64,000 bases of DNA from Octopus sinensis (GCF_006345805.1 NC_043018.1:27342001-27406000), one strand, 5' to 3'. Shown: positions 50,540 to 63,745, numbered from the stretch's first letter. Notes: generated by a model from the letters alone, not told the origin. Translations and numbers: made by a program.

Positions 50540-50780
50540 TCCCGAGTAACACCGACTCATGAGGGCCGGTTTTCCTGTTTTCACGGCGTATATATTCCCC
50601 ACAGGGACAGGACGCCAGTCTGTCGCAGGATTACTTCATTTTGCTCGCTGAGTAGCCTGGTGCAATGTGAAACGAAGTGTTTTGCTTAAGAACACAACAC
50701 GTTGCCTATTCCAGGAAAAGAAACCACAATCTTACGATTAGGAGTCCAGCACCCCTAACCATTAAGCCACGTGCTTCCAC
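50540..50780 (-). mobile_element. tRNA-derived SINE with a V-SINE-like central domain
   Basis: Degenerate tRNA head followed by cctgcgacagactggcgtcctgtccc (50604-50629), resembling the V-domain consensus from memory. Confidence 0.55.
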
Positions 50781-50879
50781 AGTGGGTAAAGGTGCCACAC
50801 CCATTAATTTAGGAACAAAAAAAAGTTCCTTATTTGGATGTAGTTCGATATATTTATGTATTATGCGGTTAATTAGCAC

Positions 50880-51150
50880 ATTAGAGCTTGCATACCTATG
50901 GATCCGGTGGACTCCGCGGAAGAAACAGTGGTGGTTCAATAGAGGGTAAGGCGGTTGCAACAATGCATTGTAGAGGGCGGAGAGCAAGATGTGGCATGAC
51001 ATCTTGGTTATCCACTGCATCTGTCTCCAACTCCAATCATCTTGTCGAGAAAGTCAGGTCGACCTTAGGCAACGCTTCTTCATTTAAGTCAGTGCGCAAG
51101 TAGTCAATCATCCTCAACGATGACCAGATGGTCCACGTCGCTCCGGCAAA
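50880..51150 (+). mobile_element. Possible highly decayed RTE 3' end
   Basis: GC-rich island with remnants resembling EE..DR..W..I.EG, a degenerate C-terminal finger and an RTE-like tail. No clean ORF. Confidence 0.35.
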
Positions 51151-51796
51151 CATGATGGTATTTGTACGCATAAGTATCAACCTCTCTCTGTCTGTCTGTC
51201 TTTCTCTCTGTCTCTGTCTCTCTCTCTGTCTGTCACTCTCTCTCTCTAAACATATACATAAAGTTAAAATCGTCACATCAAAGTGGCTGTTCAATGTTAC
51301 AAGTTTAACACAAGGCAGATCTTCTGTCAGCTGGTTATCGGTGCGACGTTGCACCCTGTATAAACATATATATTGCTAGCAGGAGGAGCGAATCCCTACC
51401 ATCCTCTAGCAGACAACAGGATCGCGAGACTGATTCAGGTTCGAGCTGGTTGGCTCATCCGCAGTCGCGAGTACCTGGTTGCCAGGGTCCGCTCCAGCCA
51501 GCAATATATTATTAAAAAAAGCGACCATCGGTCACTAATTTGCAACAAGCAAAATGGCTACTTGTAAAATATCAAGAAGAGATTAGAGTCGTAACATATA
51601 CTAACAAGTAAAGTTAATCGCCACATCAAAGACCTGCCTAGGGTTAAACTAGTAGTGACATGGAACAGCCACTTTGATGTGGCGATCAACTTTAATTGTT
51701 TGCATAGTTACTACTCTGATCTCATCTTGAGATTTCACAACTACATACATACATACACACATACATACATACGTACATACATACTTACTTACATAC

Positions 51797-51951
51797 GAGT
51801 GGCTGTGTGGTAAGAAGCTTGCTTCCCATCCACATGGCTCCGGGTTCAATCCCACTGTGTGGCATCTTGGGCAAGTGTCTTCTACTATAGCCTCGGGCTG
51901 ACCAAAGCCTTGTGAGTGGATTTGGTAGGCAGAAACTGAAAGAATCCTGTC

Positions 51952-52001
<50 letters not shown>

Positions 52002-52027
52002 ATATATATATATATATATTATATATA

Positions 52028-52059
<32 letters not shown>

Positions 52060-52297
52060 CGTATGTATGTATGTGTGTATGTATGAATTTGCGTGCCTGT
52101 ATTTGTCCCAACATTACCATTACCATAGCTTGACAATCGATGTTGGTGTGTTTGCGTTCCCATAACTTAGCGATTTGGCAAGAAAGTCTATAGAATAAGT
52201 ACTAGGCTTACAAAGAATAAGTCCTGGGGTCGATTACTTCGACTAAAGGTGGTGCTCCAGTATGGCCGCAGTCAAATGACTGAAACAAGTAAAAGAA
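51797..52297 (+). mobile_element. SINE family A with expanded internal microsatellite
   Basis: Head, body and tail match family A. Confidence 0.85.
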
Positions 52298-52303
52298 AAA
52301 CAC

Positions 52304-52335
<32 letters not shown>

Positions 52336-52337
52336 GT

Positions 52338-52390
<53 letters not shown>

Positions 52391-52437
52391 ATATTATATA
52401 TATATATATACATATATATATATACTATATATATATA

Positions 52438-52534
<97 letters not shown>

Positions 52535-52779
52535 ATTTGGTCATCACTAATTGTGATTCTGGTTGCTAAAAGCCCAGTTATTGCTAGAAATAAGAGTTAA
52601 ACTCGTATAGCTGCGTGAAAAATACATTTAAATGTACTGACAGGATAGGCAATTGCTCCATGAGCAAAGCTGGACCTCTTGATTGGTGCTAAAATACGCA
52701 CCAGTCAAGTACTGGCGTCGATGTAACCAAGTAGCTTCCCGCCCCCTCAGGACTTGCGCCTATAGAAGAAAAAATTATC

Positions 52780-53185
52780 AGGCGGCGAGCTGGTAGAATC
52801 ACTAGCACACAGGGCAAAATTCGTATCGCATTCTGAGTTCAAATTTCATCGAGGTTGACTTCGCGGTCGATAAAATAAGTACCAATTGAAAACCAGGATC
52901 GCTGTCACCAACATACTCCTCATTAAAGTTGCTGACCCTGTGCTAGAACCAATATTAATGATATTATTCACGTCCCGAAGGCAGAATCGTTAGCACGCCG
53001 GGCGAAATGGAAATGCTTAGCGGTATTTCGTCCGTCTTTGTGCTCTGAGTTCAAATTCCGCCGAGGTCGACTTTGCCTTTCATCCTTTCGTGGTCGATAA
53101 ATTCAGTACCAGTTGCGTACTGGTGTCGATCTAATCGACTGCCCCCCCCCACTCCCACAAAATTTCGGGCCGTGTGTCTAGATTA
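52780..53185 (+). mobile_element. SINE family B, two tandem units
   Basis: Heads at about 52780 and 52980. Confidence 0.75.
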
Positions 53186-53387
53186 GAAAAGATTATTCAC
53201 GTCCCGGTTTCGTTTCTCGATTAAGTCGAGTTCTTTATTTATATCACACTAATTATTGTGGAACGGGCTTCCACTACTTCAGTTTTACAGAAATTGTAAT
53301 CGACAACATTTCTTTTCTTTTCTTTTTCTGCTTTTATATATTTTTTTTCAAAGGGAGAATCTTTATTCCCCTCCTCCCTTCACTCAC

Positions 53388-53438
53388 CAACACTGGTGAA
53401 ACCAATGTGGTAGACATTGGCAGATTTTAGTGTCAACG
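53388..53438 (-). CDS. Candidate 51-nt symmetric host exon
   Basis: Long pyrimidine acceptor ..cttcaaattacctcctcag and donor G|GTGAGT. Open frames LTLKSANVYHIGFTSV or VDTKICQCLPHWFHQC. Confidence 0.5.
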
Positions 53439-53499
53439 CTGAGGAGGTAATTTGAAGACAATGGACAGAGGAATGTGATGGACCAAATGTACACACACA

Positions 53500-53541
<42 letters not shown>

Positions 53542-54232
53542 TCCTTCTCCCTCTCATACACACTTCCCGTCCTCTCTCCCTCGCACACTCTTATCCTCTC
53601 GCTCCCTCTTCTTCACCTTCTTCACACACATACACCATTTTTATTCCTCTGTCTCTCTCACTCTCTCTCTCTCTCACACACACTCACTCCTCCCTTCATA
53701 AATTCATCCACTCATACAAACCCCTTCCCCTTCATGCACCCACACATTCTCTCTCACACGATCTCTCTCTCTCTTTCTCTCTCTCTCTCGCGCTTACATA
53801 CACACACACATATACACTCTATCTATCTCTCTTTCTCACACACACTATTTCTCTCTCTCGCACACATACACAATCTCTATCACTTCTAGCTTTCCCTGAA
53901 TCACACACACACTCGCACACACACACACACGCAAGCACATGGAATTCTGGCAGCTATGGGAAAACGGCCCACACGGAGAATTTTTCCGAGATTATTCGAA
54001 CTTGAAATTTACTTTTCTTTCTTGCTCCGGGTGAAGGTCAAACCAAGTGCAGGACTTAGATAACCCTTGTTTCCTATTTCTTTAATTTCCAGTAAAAAAT
54101 AATTAACAGAGACTTAAATAGCAAAAGGGATTTACGACATCTTCGAAAGCGTTTTCCTTTTCAACGAGCAGATTCTGTTTTGACTTTCATAGAAAGGTAA
54201 TGTGTGTGTTTGTGTGTGTGTGTGTGTGAGAA

Positions 54233-54268
<36 letters not shown>

Positions 54269-54584
54269 TGTGTGTGTGTGTGTGTGTGCGTGTTTTTCTC
54301 TGACCACTGCTTGTCAAGCAGTGTTAATGTGTTATACGTTCCTGTAACATAGCGGTTCAGCAAAAGAAACAGATAGAATAAGTGCTAAGCTATAAAAAAT
54401 AATTGAGTCGATTCGGTCGACATAAACTCTTCGAAGCAGTGCCCCAGCAAGGCCGCAATCCATTGATTGAAACATGTATAAGATAATATACATGCATATA
54501 ACATACGTAACACGCATACATACATTCACACACATACACGCACACATGCATACATACATATTTATATATACACTGTGTATGCTG

Positions 54585-55290
54585 ACCCTCTTCTCCCACG
54601 TCCTAGTTCACACGGGATGCCTCTCAACGCCTCCAATTTCTGTAGTAATAGCTCAAGAACCAGTACATGCAGAAGAGACGGGAGGGGACACCCTTGACGG
54701 ACCGAACGTATGATGTTGATGAGCTCGGATAGGTAACCATTCACCCTGATTACCAAGTGAACGTCACTGTATACATTACAGTGATCCAGCCACGAAAACG
54801 GGACTGAAACTGGTCGCCAAGTATTGGTAGTCGACCTTATCGAACGCTTAGATTGATCCAAATTGCCAGGTTCCTTACCCACCCAATCTATGATGTATTG
54901 CATGAGGTGGAGTTTGTCGTGGATGGATCTGCTTGGGATTGTGCATGTTTGCAAATCACAAATCAGTTCCTCGATGACAAGCGCCAACTTCTTTGCTAAC
55001 ACCTTGGCCAAAATTTTGAAGTCTGCGTTGAGAAACGTTATCGCCTTAAAGCCTTCTATTTGATCGCTCTTCTTTGAGTCCTTTCTTAGCAGTTTCACTG
55101 CTCCTCGACTCTCACAATTCGAAAGTGTCACGTTCTGCTGCCGGTTGCGGTAGATGTCTGCCAAAAGGCCGGCAATCAAGTATGGTGTATAGAAGTAAAG
55201 CTCATAGGGCACACCATCCGAACCAGGTGATCTGCATCCCGAGTAAATCCTCATCGCATTCCGTATTTCCGCGGCTGTTACAAATCACAA
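54585..55290 (-). pseudogene. Degraded Tx1/L1-like RT fragment, same family type as 2267-5601
   Basis: ORF 54562-55254 contains SPGSDGVPYELY, RGAVKLLRKD, ITFLNADFKILAKVLA and RQGCPL. Confidence 0.85.
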
Positions 55291-55339
55291 CTTGTGGTCT
55301 GTGTCACCGACCAATTTTATTAGGAAATCAATGAAAATC

Positions 55340-57322
55340 TGGAATACAGAGTTAGCTTCATGGAGAAAACTTTTGGCGACGGTTAACATTAAGAGAGGCA
55401 TATTTCAAGGAGCTAGCCTATTACCATGGCCGATTGGTGTGATTAGTTCTCGGAACTTGTTCCTGGGCGCTGCATAGATAAGAGTAGCCAATCGCCCCAT
55501 TGCAGGATGTGTAGCAGCAGAAACGAAACAATCTCACATATTGTGAGTGAATGTGGCAAGCTGACTCAAAAGCACAACAAAAGGAGTCTCGAACAGAGCA
55601 CGGAAATGATACGAACATGAACCAGAAGGATTCAGAGAACAAGGATGTTGTGGGATTTTACAATCCAATGCGATTGCCTAACCCAGGCTCGGAGACCAAA
55701 TATTGTTATTGTAGATAAACGAAAAAAAAAAAAGAAATCAAAATCATAGATACTGCGGAAAGTGACATCGGGGAACACCTTGAAAAATGGGGGAAAATTA
55801 AATTATCTATAATATATGGATGATTTAAAGATCTTAGAAAGAGCGAAAGCAAAATAAAAAGCCTAGTTTCAACACTGCATATATTCAGTAAGGATATCGG
55901 GATTGAATTTGGGACAAAAAAGTGTGGTATGCTTATAATATAAAGAGGCAAAGTAGTGTCACTTGATGTTGTAGAGCTGCTCAACGGCGAGAGAATCAAG
56001 GATATTGAGACTAATGGATATAAATATCTGGGGATTTTAGAACACGACAAAATCAAGGAAACATGAAATGAAGGAAAGCTTTAGGCGAGAATAAACTCAA
56101 TGGAAAAACATAATCAGGGCAATGAACACATGGGCTGTTTCCTTAATGCGATACGGCGCAGCTGTTGGTGGGTGGACAAAAAAACGAGCTTGAGGAAATG
56201 GACAGGAAAACTAGAAAAGAGATGACAATTATCAAGGAACTACACCCCAAAAGCGATACTGACAGACTGTACGTGCCTAGAAACAGTGATAGAAGGGGTC
56301 TCATAGGATGCAAGTTCTGTGTTGTCAACGAGAACAGTCTGGGATGGTACATCAAACAGCAGAGTGAATCCTTGCTTGCAACAGTTAAAATTAACAATAC
56401 CTACCAAAAGTGTGATGCAAGCACAAACATTTAAGACTCAAGATGAAGAAGAAAGAGTAAACAATTGGAAAATGAAATCACTGCATGGGGAATGTCTCAG
56501 AGAAATCGAAGGAAAAGATAAGATCAACACTTGGAGATGGCTAAGGAAAAGTGATCTGAAAGGCATTGATATGAATCGCCCAGGGACAAGTTCTGAGAAC
56601 TAATTATACCAAATAGATAAGAGTAGCCAATCGCCCCTTTGCAGGATGTGTAGCAGCAGAAATGAAACAATCTCACATATTGTGAGTGATTGTGGCAAGC
56701 TGGCCCAAAAGCACAACAAAAGGTTCACGCGATAAAGTGGCTAATTTCGTCCTCTAGAGGCTATGTGAAATAATACAAACATGTACCAGAAGGAATCAGT
56801 GAGAACAAGCAACATAAAATGCTGTGGGATTTTACAAACCTTTGTGACTCCCTAATCGAGTCTCGGAGACCAGATATTGTTGTGGTAGATAAAGGAAAAG
56901 AAGAATCCAAGAAACAGAGATATTGCAATACCTGGAGATGCATGCACAAGTGACAAAGAAGTAGAAAAGATTGAAAAGTACAGACTACTCAAAGACGAAA
57001 TTGCAAGAATGTGGACTATGAGGAGAGTGTCTGTCATTCCTGTAGTTGTAGGGGCACTAACAACCAAGTTCGAGAAATACGTCAAAGTAATCGGAATTGA
57101 CATGAGAGCAGAGCAAACCCCCAAAACTGCTCTGCTGGGGACAGCTAGGATTTTGAGATTGGTACTTGGATGTTGAATGTCTCCCACGATAATTAACAAC
57201 CAAGTATTAAAGCTTATTATGTGCGGAAAAAAGACCCTGTGAGACCTCTGACAGCAGACTTGCTGTCCGCCCTCACATATTCTACCACAACAAACAAAAC
57301 CGAACGTTCTGAGAAGACAATG
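55340..57322 (+). mobile_element. Degraded, rearranged R4/Dong-like LINE, copy 3
   Basis: VNIKRGIFQG, YMDDLK, YKYLG, HPKSDTDRLYVPR, CRMC..ETISHIVSEC (twice), PDIVVVDK and VIPVVVGALT. Followed by (TAA)n from 57321. Confidence 0.8.
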
Positions 57323-57400
<78 letters not shown>

Positions 57401-57413
57401 TAATAACAATAAC

Positions 57414-57448
<35 letters not shown>

Positions 57449-57467
57449 TAATAATAATAATAATAAT

Positions 57468-57510
<43 letters not shown>

Positions 57511-57526
57511 ATCACGATGATGATAA

Positions 57527-58361
57527 ATGCCTTCATGCAGTACCAGGCAGTGGTTCTCATGGCTTTTGATCTTAACTGATTGGAGGTGTTATATTGCAGT
57601 GCTTCTCAAACTATCTGATGTGGCGTGCTGGCAATTTATTTTTTACAATGTACCAGGGACCGGTAATATTTCTTCGTAATATTAATTTATATCGGAAGCA
57701 ATATACATAATGAATATAATAAAAGGTGACAATTTTTTTATCTCATATTTATTTCGTAAACAAATATTACGTTGTTATATAAGCACTTTATAAGCATTTT
57801 ATAATGTTTCTTTTCTGGAAACTCATCGCGTACCGGCAGCTGATGGCTCGCGGACCACCATTCTGTGTAGCACTGTTATAATGTACATCTTTTGTCTTGG
57901 TATAAAAGATGGGCTGCAACAAATATTCTGTTCAATACCGCAGATTTGCATGTCAGTTGTTTGACCTTAACCAGTTGAGCATGTCCCTTAGTGGCTGATG
58001 ATATGTGCATCTCTGGTCATGAGCAGGAGTAGAGGAGCCTTATAGCAATGCGTTGAGTGGAAGTCTTCGGGATTTGGATAATTCACCTCTGGAAACATGG
58101 GTGTTTTGTTTTCACCCTTAATCCTTATTTAGGGATCTTTTGAGTGGGATGGGCTACACGACCAGCAAAAATTTTTAACTGGGCTCCATCGGCAAGGTCA
58201 TGCACTGTTTATCATGATATGAAATCACTATGTCGCGCACATATGGTTGTGATGCATGTGCCAGGTGTACCCTTATCAGACAGGTAGTCATGATGGGTAT
58301 ACTGGGCTTCGTATAATTGCACCCCTGTGTCACTTTGATGGTATGCACTGATCTCTCACTC
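57527..58361 (+). mobile_element. ~550-bp (TAA)n-resident repeat, copy interrupted by a hAT MITE
   Basis: Reverse-complement homology to 18883-19433. Follows Dong copy 3 and its (TAA/CAA)n tail. Confidence 0.75.
57597..57875. mobile_element. hAT-type MITE (279 bp)
   Basis: Imperfect TIRs CAGTGCTTCTCAAA / ..TGTGTAGCACTG. 8-bp TSD ttatattg (57589-57596) / ttataatg (57876-57883). Confidence 0.8.
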
Positions 58362-58667
58362 AGTAATAATAATCCTTTTTATTATAGTCATAATGCTTGA
58401 AATTTAAGTGGGGGGGGGGGTCGATTATATCGATCCTAGTACTTGATTTGTGTTGTTTTCTCTTTTTCGATAAGGGCAAAGTCGAACTCAGAACATTAAA
58501 AGCCAGATGAAAATTTGGTAAGCATTTTATCCAATGTGCGAACGATTCTGCCAGGTAGGTCAGCATTGACCTAGCATATCACCTGATCGACAGGCAAAAG
58601 CCATCCAATCGTGGCCATCCTGTCATTATACGAATATCTACAGCTGCATCGTCAAATGTGTCCTTAC

Positions 58668-58855
58668 TTTTACAAGATGGTATGGTGTGATTTGACTTGA
58701 GGGAGATTCGGTTGCTATTTTTAAGTGGTCGAGTTAAAGATCTGTTAAAAATAGAAGCTTTTCTCGTTGGTTCGTCCCCAGAAAGTATGGAAGTGGAATG
58801 GTTGTGTAAATCCTTGTATTCTTTGTATGAAATGGGTTGATAAACCTGTCCTTTC
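58668..58855 (-). CDS. Candidate host exon (alternative donor at 58583 gives 273 nt)
   Basis: Strong acceptor tttatttgtttggcgctcctctgtag and donor GTAAGG. About 90 open codons (KGQVYQPISYKEYKDLHNHS..) in AT-rich non-repeat DNA. Product unknown. Confidence 0.45.
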
Positions 58856-59427
58856 CTACAGAGGAGCGCCAAACAAATAAAATACTAATAATAAGATTAA
58901 ATAAAATAATAAACTAGACAAATAAGAACTAGGGGTGCGAGGGAGCTATTAAGTTCATCGGCCCAGCAAGTAAGCGACTGGAACAGCCATAAATTAAAAC
59001 CACACCCTGTCAAGAAAATTGTTTCGTAAAAAGAAGACAGGCGGTGGTTAGGTTTTTTTTTTCCGAGTTGAGATTTTGAGCAATCTTTTCATTCTTTTTC
59101 TTGATGCAAATTTGTATGAATGACGTCACTGACACACTGAATCACAGCCTACAGATTGTGAAAAGTGAGCTCCGATCCTCTGATGGAAATTGAATTCATT
59201 TCGTATTACAAACAACGTGCTGTTTCTTTGATCCCGGTGACATGATTCCCGTTCCAAGCCCCTACGACACCAATATTATTTATCGTTTTCACTCATAAAG
59301 AAAAGGGACGACCACATTAAAACGGGATAGTCACGGATGTAACGCCTTTGATTATTGCAGCATTCTATGAGGTAGTCATAGATAATGTTTGAAAATAAAT
59401 AAAACAATATCGTCGCGGCTGTAACAC

Positions 59428-59832
59428 CTTTACTCTTTTACTCTTTTACTTGTTTCAGTCATTTGACTGCGGCCATGCTGGAGCACCGCCTTTAGTCGAG
59501 CAAATCGACCCCGGGACTTATTCTTTGTAAGCCCAGTACTTATTCTATCGGTCTCTTTTGCCGAACCGCTAAGTGACGGGGACGTAAACACACCAGCATC
59601 AGTTGTCAAGCAATGCTAGGGGGACAAACACAGACACACAAACACACACATACACATATATATATTTATACATATATATGACAGGCTTCTTTCAGTTTCC
59701 GTCTACCAAATCCACTCACAAGGCATTGGTCGGCCCGGGGCTGTAGCAGAAGACACTTGCCCAAGATGCCATGCAGTGGGACTGAACCCGGAACCATGTG
59801 GTTGGTACTTACCACATAGCCACTCCTGCGCC
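59428..59832 (-). mobile_element. SINE family A, full copy
   Basis: Reverse-complement match to 19530-19939. Confidence 0.9.
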
Positions 59833-59954
59833 TTTGATTATTATTACATTATATATGCTAATAATGTCTAAAAATAAATAAAATGAGATGGTCATGGGCC
59901 TTACATCATTGAATATAGATCTACTTCTATATTCAATGAGAGAAAGTTAGGGCG

Positions 59955-60112
59955 AAAGGGTACAACAGGGATCGCCCCCCCCCCGCCGGAGCCTCGTGGA
60001 GCTTCAGGTGTTTTCGCTCAATAAACACACACAACGCCCGATCTGGGAATCGAAACCGCGATCCTCCAACCACGAGTCCGCTACCTTAACCACTGGGCCA
60101 TTGCGCCTCCAC
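59955..60112 (-). mobile_element. SINE family C, 5' part
   Basis: Head matches 30661-30810. Confidence 0.8.
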
Positions 60113-60712
60113 CCCCTCAAATAATAGGTTAATATAATTCAGACAGCTGCCACCGATTCTTTTCTATCCAAAGCTTTTCTTTCTTCCTTTCTTTCTTTTT
60201 TTCTTTCTTTCTTTCTTTTTTTACAACACAGTATTCTACAGGCTGTTATTTATAGTTTTGACTAATTTGAACACCGCTGTTAAAACGATTTCTTTAACAT
60301 CTCTTTAAGTTTCTAAAAGAAGCAAAAATAACTCATAGCAAACTAAATTCGTCTATTATAGGCGTCGGAACTCCTATACCACGTGATTTCAGTTCAGTCC
60401 ACTGGACATCATCTGTGGGAAATGTTCGGTCACCATATGCCAGTCAAAACTCACTTCTACCTTGTATAGAATATCAGCTTCTTTATTAAAAAGCTTATTA
60501 AAAATTAATTATTAGGGGCAGGAGTAATATTCGTACGATCTGTGTGTGTGCTTTTATGTACCAAGACCCCATATGAGAGGTTCTCTCAAGGCCCAAAACG
60601 CAGCATTCGGTGCTCTTACAAGGCATCCACGTTAAGTTGGATATAAAGGCTTCTTTTAGGTACAAGGGCTATGTGATGTTATCTGTGTTGTGCATTATTT
60701 ATATGTTATGTG

Positions 60713-60769
<57 letters not shown>

Positions 60770-60986
60770 GTATATTAAGCACATACACGGTTACACACAT
60801 ACACATACATGTGTGTGTGCGCGCGTGCATGCGTGTGTTTGTGTGTGTGAAGGTGCATGGCTCAGTGGTTAGAGTGTCGGGATTACAATCGTGACGTTGT
60901 GAGTTCCACTGGGGTAGATATAATCGATTTACACCCTCCCCCGAATTTGCTGGTCTTGTGACAAAATTTGAAATCAACACACACTG

Positions 60987-61026
<40 letters not shown>

Positions 61027-61090
61027 GCACGCGCAAACACACACACATATGCATACATATATGATAAAGTTGCTGACATTAAATAGTGTT

Positions 61091-61500
61091 AGGGTGGTGC
61101 GCTAGCAGAAACGTTAGCACGCTGGGCGAGATGCTTAGCCATATTTCGTCTGTCGTTACGTTCTGAGTTCAAATTCCGCCGAGGTCGACTTTGCCTTTCA
61201 TCCTTTCGGGGTCGATTAAACAAGTACCAGTTACGCACTGGGGTCGATATAATCGACTTAATCCGTTTGTCTGTTCTTGTTTGTCCCCTCTGTATTTAGC
61301 CCCTTGTGGGCAGTAAAGAAATAAGAAACGTTAGCACGCTTAGCGTTAAATCGCCGGTCACTACGTTCTGAGTTCAAATCTCGCCGAACTCGACTTTGCC
61401 TTTCATCCTTTCGGTGTCGATAAATTAAGTACCAGTTGCGTATCTAATCAATTGTCCCCTTCCTCTCAAATTTCAGGCCTTGTGTCTATAGTAGAAAGGC
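61091..61500 (+). mobile_element. SINE family B, dimeric
   Basis: Similar organisation to 12436-12830 and 10637-11054. Confidence 0.85.
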
Positions 61501-61559
61501 TATTAAATACTGTTAAACACACAGTATGCGAATTAGTCACTTCAGTTTTCTGTAGCTAC

Positions 61560-61740
61560 TGGATATGTTCTGCTGCGTCGCAGACTCGGCATTCCGCGGA
61601 CGATGGCGCGCAAACATCCGCTAAGGCATCTGCAGTGCTTCCTTGGTGGTGAAAAGGTGTGGTCGCCGTTCGCCAGACACGTTTTTCCCCAGCTGGTCCC
61701 CTGAACGTAGCTGCAGTCGTGTGTCAGACTGAGATCTAGA
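61560..61740 (+). mobile_element. Short Tx1-like ORF2 fragment
   Basis: GEKVWSPFARHVFPQ-like peptide, similar to GEQVWSPFVRHAFPA at about 4380-4420. Confidence 0.6.
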
Positions 61741-61974
61741 GAAGGCGTTTGGAAAACGGAATGCTTTCATGTGCTCGGAGCATTCAGCCAGTCGAACACC
61801 GCGATAGGTGGAATGTCCACTTTAGCGTTCTATAGACCGACTTTGTTCTTCATCCTTCCGGAGTCGATCAAGTAAGTACCAGTCAAGTATTGTGGACGAT
61901 GGGACCGACTATCCCACTTCCCACAAATTCTAGGCCTTCTGCCTATAGTAGTAAAGATTATTATTATTATTATT

Positions 61975-62469
61975 GAGTGAGAGAGTAAGTAGGGCATGCC
62001 ATCAAAGTGACACTGGGGTAAAATGTACGAAGCCCAGTATACCCATCAAGATTACCCGTCTGATAAGGGTACACTAAGCACATGCATCACAACCATATGT
62101 GCGCAACATGGTGATCTCATATCAAGATAAACAGCGCATGACCTTGCAGGTGGGGCCCAATTAGAATTTTCTTCAGGTCAAGTAGCCCATCCCACTCAAA
62201 ATGTCCTTGAATAAGGGTTGTTTAAGGATGTTGAACGAAACACCCATGTTTCTAAAGGTGAATTATCCAAACCCCAAAGAATTCCTTTCAACATATGGCT
62301 ATGATGCTTCCCACTACTTCTGCTCATGATCAGAGATGCTCATATCGTCAGCTACTAAGGGAGAAGCTCAACTGGTTAAGGTCAAGCAACTGACAAGCAA
62401 ATATGTGGTATTGAACAGAATATTTGCTGTAGCCCATCTTTTATACCAAGACAAAACAATGTACATGAT
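61975..62469 (-). mobile_element. ~550-bp (TAA)n-resident repeat, copy joined to Dong copy 4 at catgat
   Basis: Direct homology to 18883-19370. Bounded by (TTA)n on both sides. Confidence 0.75.
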
Positions 62470-62499
62470 ATTATTATTATTGTTATTATTATTATTATT

Positions 62500-63389
62500 C
62501 TATGTTTGACTTTTGCTTTATATTTGTACAAGTTGACTCCAAGTCTCACCCAGAGACCTCAAGAGACAACAGGTTGGAAGTTCATGTTGTTGTTATGCTT
62601 AGTGTGCCATATATTTTTTTTGGGGGGGGGGGGGAGTTTTTGGTGTTGTACTAATGAATGTCTAAAAAAAAATAATAATTTTTTTTTTTTTTTTAACCGA
62701 AAATTGTTTGTTTTAAACCTTGAGATTACATAGAAAGTATTTTGCGTAGGATATGAGCAGTTCCCACGAGCACTATCTTTTGAATTTCTGCCATTTTTTG
62801 GTTTCCTGGTATCTGAGTTAGGTAGCTATCAGCCCCTTTTGCTATCATTCCCAGGGCACCTATGACAACAGGTATTGTTTTAGTCTTCAGGTTCCACATT
62901 TTGCTGATTTCTATTTCAAGATCTTTATATTTGCTCAGTTTTTGGTAGGTCTTGACAGATACGTTTATATCGATTGGGACAGTCATATCAATGAGGAGGC
63001 ATGTTCTTTGTCTGAAGTCTTTCAATATAATGTCTGGCCTATTTGCATCTATCTTTCTGTCAGTTTGAATGGTGAAGTTCCAGAGGAGTGAGATGTGGTC
63101 ATTTTCAAGCCCTGGGGGTGGTTTGTGTTCCCACCAGTTTTTTTCATGGGGCAAATCCAGGTTTTTACAGATTACCCAGTGAATATATTGTGCAGCTCTA
63201 TCGTGTCTGTTGAGATACTCTGTAGGCGCTAGAAGACTGCACTTGGAGACCACATGGTCAATGGTTTCATTTTGTTGCTGGCATACACGACACGTTGGAC
63301 TGCTTCTGATCTTTAATATGTTGGCCTGGTAGTTTCTTGTTGGTAGGCATTGATCTTGAGTTGCTATGATAAACCCCTCTGTTTCATTT
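62500..63389 (-). mobile_element. 5'-truncated R4/Dong-like LINE, copy 4
   Basis: ORF 62726-63253 contains YLNRHD, RPDIILKD..LIDMTVP, KYKDL and PVVIGALG. (TTA)n on both sides. Confidence 0.9.
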
Positions 63390-63409
63390 ATTATTATATT
63401 TATTATATT

Positions 63410-63481
<72 letters not shown>

Positions 63482-63618
63482 GTATTCTGCTGACCTTTCT
63501 CCGAAACCTGTCAGTTAGAGGAACTGGTTAAAATATTTTCCGGTTGTCTGACCGAATCAATGACAAAACTTCTAACCGTTAGGAAGGGCAATAAAACGCA
63601 TCCTTTTTTCTATTATTA

Positions 63619-63674
<56 letters not shown>

Positions 63675-63745
63675 ATTATTATTATTATTATAATTATTAT
63701 TATTGTTGCTGTTGTTGTTGTTGTTATTGTTATTATCATCATCAT

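Noticed and set aside
59225-59300. KTINNIGVVGLGTG Rossmann-like peptide (minus strand)
   Set aside because: Not a GxGxxG, needs a rare GAG acceptor, and has no continuation.
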